Assembly (NCBI GenBank): GCA_965235115.1
Contig: OZ249438.1
Location: forward strand, 40,238,001 to 40,302,000
DNA: 64,000 nt
DNA from: Laetmonice hystrix
Lineage: Eukaryota
Direction: 5' to 3'
Shown in pieces: positions 22,401-32,700 of the stretch (within the stretch, counting starts at the first letter, position 1; each line of letters opens with the position of its first letter). A program made the translations under genes and the position numbers. The notes beneath the pieces are model-generated. The model was not told the origin of the DNA. It saw only the letters and a program-made list of their open reading frames with translations, and made no database searches.

Positions 22401-25400
22401 ATCCCCCTTTACTCACGAGATATTCTGGTTTAAGTTTCATGTCGTGTAGAGCTGCTGACTGTACCTGGAAAACGAATTATTGGAGACCACGTGACGATAC
22501 GATCAGCGGTCAACACGCCGGAGCAATGTTCTAATCTCTGTCTCGGTGACCGTGGGGATGGCGTGGTCGGACCTGGACGGTTCTGTTCGGCAATGGTCTT
22601 CGTACCGAGTAATGGGACAAATAGTAGACAGTGCCATATCAGCACTAGCCAGTACTACAGCACAGCGAGAACAAACAGACGAGATATTAGATTTCAAGAA
22701 TTGCGCTTAGTTTGCAGTAAATCGTCATACCCGGGTAAGTAGTCGTCTATACAAACATTATAATTATATGCTCTGCTTCAGAGATAGTCCGGACAAGCGT
22801 TTCTTTCATGAGCAGATTCTCCTATCAGTTTCTGGTATGGAGTCTTCACGATCCCTTTATTGCCTGATCCCCTCAACGTCATATAGCCAGAGAGTGTACT
22901 AAACCAGCGGCGGCGGAACAGATAATATATTGGGGGGGGGGGGCACTTCCGCCGCCTATGTAAACTCTCTGATATAGCCAATGCCGAAACCGGAAATAAG
23001 ATGGACTACTTCCGCTTTGTGAATGCAATGTCTCAGTCACAAAAAGTGAACAAACTTGAACTAGTCATAGATCATAATCCATTCATAAATCTCAAGCACA
23101 ACACATTTTGTTGTTAGAGTTACACGTGGGCCAAATGTATTACAGTGGTATATCACAATTTCAGGATGTAGGTACCCATTTCAGAGGCGAACCATGCATA
23201 GGATGAGTGATAGATCCGTGAGACTAAAAAAGGAGGACGTCCCTGTTGAGACGGTTGGCGCATGCGCAGAGCGCTGTATCGGTCGTGACCCGTCTTACAA
23301 AACGCAATGTCGTGTCTTCGAATTCAACAGATCAAACAGGACATGTACTATATACATGGCCACAGCGGAAAAAGCCACTCCAAGACCAGGGGTTTCAAAA
23401 ACTCCACTCAACATCGACATCTACATACTACCGAAAACATCTATAGACTGCAGTAAGCGTTTGAGACTGTCAAATGGGGGATTTTACTCGAATCTGATTG
23501 GTTAAGATGTATTTCAAGTCAATTAAATTTGACGTGGCTTCTGAATCGGTCCAAGACGCACCCCTGCTGTCTCAGGGACAAGCTCTATTTAAGCAATCAA
23601 TGTTGATCGGCGCACGGAGATTTTGTGAACATAAAAATATATTACAAATAAATCTGTCGGGTATTCATATATATGACCAGAATATGACCAGTGACCTTAT
23701 ATCTATCTCTTCTTGCCGTAGAAAGGTAAAAAATGCCAAGAACAGGCAGGTGTGTATACCTAACCTTAAGAATCGCTGTGCCGAATTACAACCTTTAAAG
23801 GCAGGGTAAACACCCACGGCAAATAAGGTTTCGTAGGCCAAATGAAACATCAGCATTTACCTCAGGGCAATAAATGCCACAATTACGCTGTCTGAATGAA
23901 GTAATTAACGTGTAACCGCCCGATGTATGACGCCGCTGGTTCTTACCTTGACCTTCTTGTGTGTTCATCACAACCGAATGCTGCACACCGCAGCCTATTG
24001 TGTAACATTACGTGTTACTCTGTTCACAGACCTTGTCTACACGATGTTTGGAGTCCTAACGTTTGTAAACGTCCGAGGTGTTGAACACTAAAAGCAGAAC
24101 CAGTTGCATCACACATCGGGCAGTTACACATTAATTACTTCATTCAGACAACGTAATTGTGTCATTTATTGTCCTGGCGTTTCATTTGGCCTACGAAACC
24201 TTACTTGCCGTGGGTGTTTACCCTGCCTTTAAATGTATTCATTTCCTTCACTTATTGGATGTCCCTTTCCTCCTTCTGTAGGTCCATGTATGGACCACTA
24301 CAAGGCGTGGTATGACGCCAGGAGTGTGGGCAGAAGAAAACTACAAGGGCGGTTGGTCTCGAGGAGCTGCAAACGGCGCTGTGCCTGGTATAACGGTCGC
24401 TCTGACCGTCCAAGGGTGAACGTTGACGACATCTTAGACCTCTTCGGGCGAGTCCGCCGAGCGACTGTCAACTTTACTACCATTGCTCGGAGTTTGGTCA
24501 ATGAGACGGTTGGAAGATGTTTCGGGTATGATATCACCCCGGACGGAGAATGTTACATCAAAACTGAGGCCAGTTACACGTTAGAGAACGCTGTCGGCAA
24601 CATGCACTTCAGTAGGCAGCCGCTCTGTGGTGGTGAGATGTTTGGGGGTTTTATGGGGTTGTTCTATTTCTACTTTGTGTGGTCGCAGGTTTCTAACTGA
24701 CAGAGAGACAGAGAGCACAGCCTCTAACGGTAGAGGGACCGAACCCAGAATTTCATAAAGCAAGGTCCGAGAGGGATAGATGACGCAGAGTTTAAGTTAT
24801 TAAAGGAATTGGTAGAAACCAAAGATATAAGAAATGCATGGCCCTAAAATGGGAGAACCTGTGTTTATTTACATAATAATGTGTGTTTTCTGTACAGAGA
24901 CAGTTACCGTAGCTAGACATCAATAGGTCCCGTACCTAACCATGTAATATCGCCGTAAAGATGACCTTATACATGGCGACACAGCGGAAAGCCACACTCA
25001 CTCACTCACTGTTCCTGTACAGGTTGTGGCGACCAGACCCAGTACACATCCACGGTCAACACTTGGCCCCCTGGCGGTGTAACGTTCTCTAGTAACCAGA
25101 CCAGTTCCGTCTTCATGTGCGCGTCCCTCTGCCAGGGGGCGCTCGTTACGTTTACGTCGGCGCCGTGCTACGGGTTCGCCTACGACACACGACGGGGGAC
25201 GTGTACTTTGTACAGGTCCTTCAGCTACGAACTGGGCCCCGTGGGGAGGGCCCCGTATGTCAACCACTACCGCCGCATGTATACATGTCGTGAGTCTCAT
25301 ACTGTCTCTCTAGGGGTCGGAGGGGGGAGGGAGAAATATGACTCTAAAGGGGCAACAGGGGCGGATTTAGGGGGGAGGCCGAGGGGGCCGCCCCCCTTTC

Positions 25401-26212
25401 GTCAGGGTACCAATCAGACAAAAGGCAAAATTTGTTGTCCACAACTGTAAAAGCAAGCATTTTGCTTTCTCAGAATGCAGGAAATGCCATTTCAGAGACG
25501 CTAGATGTTCAAAATTGTCTGAGGGCATGCCCCAGACCCCGCTAGCAGGGCTCGGGCTTCACCCTCGGGCGACCGCCCCCTCCCCCCTTTCAAAAATCCT
25601 GGATCCGCCCTTGGGCAATGAAAATCTCTTTGAGGTTAGGCTTTGTCCCCAAGAATTGAGGGTTGACATGGCTTCTGTCCATCTGACTGAATCTGGTGAG
25701 AAAAGTATAACTTTATCACTGCACTATATTACTATCGCATTTTGAAGTAATATTGCCAATGGGGGACGAACTCCTAACCTCCAAGAATATTATTGTCATT
25801 CAGTGCATAGTGTGTGAACTGATCCCAACGGGCACGGGCAGAGCTGTTCTCTCATGGATTCATTGACGTCCTTTTTCTCTGTGTTTATGTGACAGCTTCG
25901 GCAAGGTGTCTGGAGAGCTTCACAGTGACACGGAACATGAGGGGACAGGGCCGAGTCCCGCTACCAGTTGATATCGACACGATCGACAAGTGTAAGGACC
26001 AATGTCTCGGTTACCACATCGCCACGTTTGGGGGCGCCACCTGCTATGGATTCTCCTTCGACAACCAGCGGACCCGTTGCCATGTCTACATGGACAGACA
26101 GAATTCTTTGCCAACGCGAAGAGTGCCAGATGTTGATACCTATCAGCGGAATATGCGCTGCACTGAACTCACAACGACTGTTAGAGATGGAATGGATGAC
26201 AAATTATTATAA
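19444..26212 (+). CDS. Paralog 2: type II TM protein with 6 PAN/Apple domains, 701 aa; join(19444..19768,21471..21728,22435..22734,23165..23452,24282..24632,25023..25289,25896..26212)
   Basis: Same exon structure as paralog 1; phase-1 GT-AG introns; 2106 nt in frame with no premature stop. Confidence 0.88.
20115..20303. mobile_element. Kolobok-like hairpin MITE (189 bp), paralog 2 intron 1 only
   Basis: TTAA|agggaggg...aataaggtttcgtagaccaaatgaaacaccagc...gctggtgtttcatttggtctacgaaaccttatt...catccct|ATAA; empty site cctttaaacgagc at ~10186. Confidence 0.8.
20658..21070. repeat. 39-bp intron-1 minisatellite, paralog 2, ~10-11 units
   Basis: Same unit as 10517-10890 with a nearly identical variant order. 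Confidence 0.95.
23799..24228. mobile_element. Kolobok-like MITE (430 bp), same family as 20115-20303, paralog 2 intron 4 only
   Basis: TTAA|aggcagggtaaacacccacggcaaataaggtttcgtaggccaaatgaaac...tttcatttggcctacgaaaccttacttgccgtgggtgtttaccctgcct|TTAA; empty site caacttttaaatgtattc at ~34465. Confidence 0.85.
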
Positions 26213-26891
26213 TCGTATGAGATGTTTTAATGGCGAGGCTGTCGTATGTTAGAACATGGTCCCTGCCACCTAGTGTCGTATTTAATAACTAAGACTGTCC
26301 TATGTTAAAGCAGAGCCCAGTGTCCGTCAGGTGGACCATCTGATCGCTTAACGCTTAACGAAATAAGAAAAAAGAATTTCATAAAAGGCTCATGCTTTTG
26401 AGAATTGTCCAGTTCCAATCTGATCCACCTATTGGTGTTGGGGGGGGGGACGAGAATGGGTTGACGGTCGAGAACTTGTGACGAGGTATTTGGAATATGT
26501 TTCTACATTTGCAACATGTAAAGAGAGCGCTGTACATGTATAATGTTTCCTCCATTATATACGAGTAATGCTATAGGCTAGCCTAGATAGGCTCTATAAG
26601 GCTAACACTATGCCTTATGTCACGGTCACCATTTATTTAGAAAAGAAATACAAACTATTGATTGACCCGATGCTCCCCGGTAGGCCTAGACATCTATAGC
26701 CTGCATAATGGGCCTACATCTAGTCACGATAGGTGTTACCTGGCGTGATGGGGGAGGTGGCGCCCCCTGTGGGCAATACAAAATCTCGCAATACTTCGCT
26801 TTGTCAGACAGGTTCTCGATCCCGTCGCTAAGTGGCTAGAATATTTAGCCCGGTTTTGGCAAGGTTAGCATGATCTTAACTTAAGCTCTGC

Positions 26892-26970
26892 TTAGCCTTT
26901 TAGGACCCCTGATTGGCTGGTTGAAGCTGAGCAGCAGAGGAGCAGCCAATCAGGGGTCCTAAAAGGCTAA
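26892..26970. repeat. Perfect 28-bp inverted repeat with a 23-nt loop, probably the core of a MITE
   Basis: ttagccttttaggacccctgattggctg (26892-26919) and cagccaatcaggggtcctaaaaggctaa (26943-26970). Confidence 0.85.
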
Positions 26971-28171
26971 TGGCGTCTCAGAGCTTCTAATTTAAAAAAA
27001 ATCCTGAGACCTCCCCCCTGCTGAAAATTCTGGACACACGCCTCAGTGTTAGGGTTCGTTCCCCTTTGTTGGTAGGCCCTATAGGGTCCTATTATTTTCA
27101 GCTGTAATGGATCTAGATCTGCGCTTAATTGATAAGATCTCAAAGAAAGGGCTCCGACAAGTTACGTTATCATCAAGGATGGAGTGCAGTTTGGTCTCTC
27201 AACCATTAGTTAGAGCCATCACGACATAGCACAGCTCCCCGGACTTACATTATTAGTATTAGTGATCTTGTTGTACGCAAGTACCCAACAATATAACAAC
27301 GATACCTCGACATTGTGTGGAGATGTAGGCCTATTCAGGGCCTAGTTCGTAAAAACATAAAGCAATCAGCGAGTATCTCTCATTTCAATGACTCCAAAAT
27401 GCAGACATGGGATGTTAGGTTAGAAAAGGCCTCACACTACATAATTCAATAAATGTTCACCCACAGAAATAAAGAAATCTAATGAAATTCAACATTCCCG
27501 TTGACGCCATGAAGCGAACAGCTCATGGCTGGTTGTTGACCAGGCATTGACTTGAACAGCCAATGAAATTCATCGGTTCTTCGCCTGATTAACGCTTCTG
27601 ATTGGCTGGTCAGAGAGGACCAGCCAATCCAACGCATATAGCGTCTCAACAGAAATAGATCTAGGCCTAGTTCAGCAAGCGGTGTCCTCGTTACCCATAC
27701 GCCCCTGCGGCTTACCCAGGACCCCGTGCAGGATCTCTAAGCAGTCATTTCAGCAAATGGGCGCGATCTGCGTTCCAATATCTATGAGCGTTCATTTCAG
27801 CAAATGGGCGCGATCGTTAGCGTGACCCGAGTCTAGATCTATCCATTATTATTTATGGGCTACCACTTCCAGTATTCATGCAGCTTTTCTGAATTTGTGA
27901 CGTCATAGCTCCATGACGTTATACGTCATATGAACTTATTAGTCATAGGCAGATTAGGGAAGGTGAAAATACACCCATGCATCACAATTTCCCATTAACC
28001 CAGTTGGGATAACTAGGCCCACCTCTAGTTTAAAAAAGATTGATGTCACTCGATCCAACAACTGTGGGTCTCTGAAGGCGCTCGTTGCCAAAACGGGTGG
28101 GCGGGGGCAAAGTAGCCGTCGCGCAAGGAAGTAGGCCTACATGTCATCCAAGGAACATCTGCCAGTAGCAT

Positions 28172-28742
28172 CAGATGTGTAGGTGGTTGTGTAGATGTGT
28201 AGGTGCCAGTCTGTCACACAGACCTGCCACAGTTAGGCCTACAGTGAGGACGTGGTCCTGTGTCTGGTAGATGTGTAGGTGGTTGCGTGCCAGTCTGTCA
28301 CACAGACCTGCCACAGTTACAGTGAGGACGTGGTCCTGGGTCTGGTAGATGTGTAGGTGGTTGTGTGCCAGTCTGTCACACAGACCTGCCACAGTTACAG
28401 TGAGGACGTGGTCCTGTGTCTGGTAGATGTGTAGGTGGTTGCGTGCCAGTCTGTCACACAGACCTGCCACAGTTACAGTGAGGACGTGGTCCTGTGTCTG
28501 GTAGATGTGTAGGTGGTTGCGTGCCAGTCTGTCACACAGACCTGCCACAGTTACAGTGAGGACGTGCTGGTCCTGGGTCTGGTAGATGTGTAGGTGGTTG
28601 TGTGCCAGTCTGTCACACAGACCTGCCACAGTTACAGTGAGGACGTGCTGGTCCTGGGTCTGGTAGATGTGTAGGTGGTTGCGTGCCAGTCTGTCACACA
28701 GACCTGCCACAGTTACAGTGAGGACGTGGTCCTGGGTCTGGT
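28172..28742. repeat. 78-bp (some 81-bp) minisatellite, ~7 units, upstream of paralog 3
   Basis: gtctggtagatgtgtagg... at 28262, 28340 and 28418; single diverged homologs at ~5120-5200 and ~17655-17720. Confidence 0.93.
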
Positions 28743-29758
28743 GGGACCTTCGCCCGACTATGGAGACGACTGGCACTTGAACAGGTACGTCTCTCAGCTT
28801 GCTCTCTTGTGGATCGTGGGGCGCTGGATGTTGGCGATCTTTTTAGGAGGTTTTGTTTTGCACGATTAGATACACAAGGTAGTATACTGCATTCAGGTAT
28901 AACTGATTTTAAGTTAATACATTATAATTATTATGTAAAATTCGTGCCACTCAGATAAACCTATATCTATTAATCAACGGGTTGATTTATGTGCACACAT
29001 ACTCATGGCTTCGACAAAAATATAAAAGAGAAAGTTTTTTTGTGACAGAACTTTGTTTGGACAGTTCGTGTCCGGGTTGATTCATGCCAGTGCAGTGTTA
29101 ATGCGCTAGCTCGGAGGGAGACTGATTCCTCACACATGAAGTAGGCCTAGTCCGAGGACTTAGTCAACCGAGACGCTTGTATAACAGAATCGTGATGTTG
29201 TCGCCACGGTCGGTGATGTTATTACTTTCGTATACCATTAACTGGGCGCGTAGAGGCATGTTAAATGGAGTATTAACCAGAGGCGTAGTAAGAGGGGATG
29301 ACCCCCTCAATACAAAGGAGGGTAAGATTAATGTAAGCATATTCTTATCCTGTTAGTCGGACTGATGTGCCCCCCAACTGAAGATAGCTTCCTGTGTTAA
29401 TTATAGGCCTACATCACGATTACTTAGTCAGGATCTCCTAGTTCTGAGAAAGGCAGATCATATCCTGCTATGGCCTGACGTCTGGTTGAATCTGTCTGTT
29501 TGACACCGAGTTCACCAATACAAACTTGACGCTAATCTTCCATCAATCTCGTTTAAAACACTGCTCAACAAGTTCATCTCAGCAGTGGCATAGCTACCGG
29601 GGGCGGCAGACTGCCCCCTGGAAGTATTTTGGTCGGGAAACTGAACCGGGAAAAAGAAGCCTTATTGCATATCGCCTTCATTCACTAGGTTTTACTCTAA
29701 TGCGATAGAATTGCTTCTAATCAGTGTGGCAACAACTCTATAAATTCCCGCTGCCAAG

Positions 29759-32700
29759 ATGGAGCGTTCTCAGGCCCGAAATGACGTGAACAGCAAAGAG
29801 AACGTTTATGAGGATATCAAATCACCAGAACCACCCGTGTCGGAATATGAAAGATATCTTCAACTCGAGCCAGAGCATGCCTACCACAACGCTTCACCTA
29901 AACTTCCCCCTGCCCGCGAACGCACACTTCCAAATTATGTCACTGACGACGACACGAAGCGGGAGAAGGGATATCAAGACCTCGTTGTGGCAGAGACGCA
30001 GCGTTCCGTGACGTCACTTAGGAGGCGGGCGCCGTGGTGGGCCGTCACGCTCATCGTGATTGGTGTACTGTTACTTGCTGCCCTCATCGTCATCATCATC
30101 CTTATCGTCGGTGAGACATCCTGACAATGTCGATCACTCGTTTCTGGTCAGAGAATGCTTGACGTCTAAGGGAATGTTGCCTTGATGTTTGGTTGAGGGT
30201 CATACGTAAACGGAAGGGAATGGGTCAGCCTTTAGATCCTTTATTATGTCATTAAACCAGCCCAACATTAAGGAACGGAGAAATAAACAAGCTTAGAGGA
30301 GATCACTAGATAAAGGCCTATGCCATATAGGCCTACGCATATGAAATGTTTGCTGTTTAGGTGTAGGCGTAAGTTAATCGGGCACTGTGACGAAGAAATC
30401 AACGAAGAAATCAACAATAATGAAGTGTTTTCCCTTCCACCCGGTGTCTGTTTAAAGGTGGACCCCTGTCCAGGACGGAACCGGAGAGTCAGACCACACA
30501 TAGGCCTACAGGTAAGGTCGCATCTGTAGACCGAGATGGTGAGTTTACTTCATAAAGGTGTGTGTGCAACCCCGTAACACCCTGGATATGATGCCGTTGT
30601 AGGGCTACATAAAGTCTTCACTCTGAAATGATGTTGATCTATAGGTCTACATGTCTCCACCCTGATATGATGTTGATCTATAGGTGTACATGTCTCCACC
30701 CTGATATGATGTTGATCTATAGGTGTACATGTCTCCACCCTGATATGATGTTGATCTATAGGTGTACATGTCTCCACCCTGATATGATGTTGATCTATAG
30801 GTGTACATGTCTCCACCCTGATATGATGTTGATCTATAGGTGTACATGTCTTCGCCCTGATATGATGTTGATCTATAGGTCTACATGTCTCCGCCCTGAT
30901 ATGATGTTGATCTATAGATCTACATGTCTCCACCCTGATATGATGTTGATCTATAGGTCTACATGTCTCCGCCCTGATATGATGTTGATCTATAGGTCTA
31001 CATGTCTCCACCCTGATATGATGTTGATCTATAAGTGTACATATCTCCACCCTGATATGATGTTGATCTATAGGTCTAGGCCTACATGTCTCCACCCTGA
31101 TATGATGTTGATCTATAGATCTACATGTCTCCGCCCTGATATGATGTTGATCTATAGGTCTACATGTCTCCACCCTGATATGATGTTGATCTATACGTCT
31201 ACATGTCGCCACCCTGATATGATGTTGATTCACTCCAGGCCTCACCGTGGACGATGTTCACAAGGGGGTGACTACCCCCAGTTTTCAGCCGCCCGCACCC
31301 CCCGAGGCGGACTCGTCTGTCTATAACTGTTAGTATCAATCTGGACCCCCCCCCCCCCCCAAAAAAAAAGAAGTGGATTCTACGAAGTTACTTCCCTATA
31401 TTAGATGCGTGTTTGTGGTAAAACTAGTTAAGTCACAGGCCAAACCTGTTAAACTTGTCAGTGTGCTCTTTACAAGCCCACCATCCCACGCCAGAATGTA
31501 CACTCTAACGCTGGTATGGTTGGTACTTGTGTGTGTTCTGAGAGGTAAAACTAAAGTTTAGACTTTACAAGCCCACCATCCCACGCCAGAATGTAGACTC
31601 TAACGCTGGTATGGCTGGTACTTGTGTGTGTTCTGAGAGGTAAAACTAAAGTTTAGACTTTACAAGCCCACCATCCCACGCCAGAATGCACACTCTAACG
31701 CTGGTATGGTTGGTACTTGTGTGTGTTCTGAGAGGTACAACTAAAGTTTAGACTTTACAAGCCCACCATCCCACGCCAGAATGTAGACTCTAACGCTGGT
31801 ATGGCTGGTACTTGTGTGTGTTCTGGGAGGTAAAACTAAAGTTTAGACTTTACAAGCCCACCATCCCACGCCAGAATGTAGACTCTAACGCTGGTATGGC
31901 TGGTACTTGTGTGTGTTCTGAGAGGTAAAACTAAAGTTTAGACTTTACAAGCCCACCATCCCACGCCAGAATGTACACTCTAACGCTGGTATGGCTGGTA
32001 CTTGTGTGTGTTCTGAGAGGTAAAACTAAAGTTTAGACTTTACAAGCCCACCATCCCACGCCAGAATGTAGACTCTAACGCTGGTATGGCTGGTACTTGT
32101 GTGTGTTCTGAGAGGTAAAACTAAAGTTTAGACTTTACAAGCCCACCATCCCACGCCAGAATGTACACTCTAACGCTGGTATGGCTGGTACTTGTGTGTG
32201 TTCTGAGAAGCGGTGAAATTTTCACATATTCAGCCACTTTGGGTTGAAAGATCAAAAATTGCCGATACACTTCAAAACAACTTCCCACATAGTGCTAAAT
32301 GTTGATTATTTTAGTGACCGAGACCTTCAGTGACCATTTCACCATGACGTCTGGAACCAGGACACTGCGAGTACCTAACGTCCAAGTCTCGGCCCAAACT
32401 GTTGACGTCTGTAAGAAACGCTGCATTCTCAATGACCAGTTCTGTTACGGGGTCGACTTCAACAATAAGACTGGAAAGTGTCGGCTAATCATTACACCTA
32501 ACTACCGCGTACGGCTAATAGGTAGCGCCCTTTTTTTCGACAATTACAGACGAAGTTTGGCCGTCAGAGAAGGTAAGTGTGGCAGCTACATGAGAAAAAA
32601 AGAGTGGAATTGGTCATTCAGAAATGCATACAATTGAGATCATCTCAAGGATATGTATGAGTCATGCAGCCTATAAAATAAAGTGTGTGGGGGCTTTATG

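Noticed and set aside
28171-28776. 201-aa minus-strand repetitive ORF
   Set aside because: It is a by-product of the 78/81-bp array; the single-copy homologs in units 1 and 2 do not keep it.
29737-29745. TATAAA as the TATA box of paralog 3
   Set aside because: It is only ~20 nt from the ATG, lies downstream of a conserved AG acceptor, and reads CATAAA in the other paralogs.
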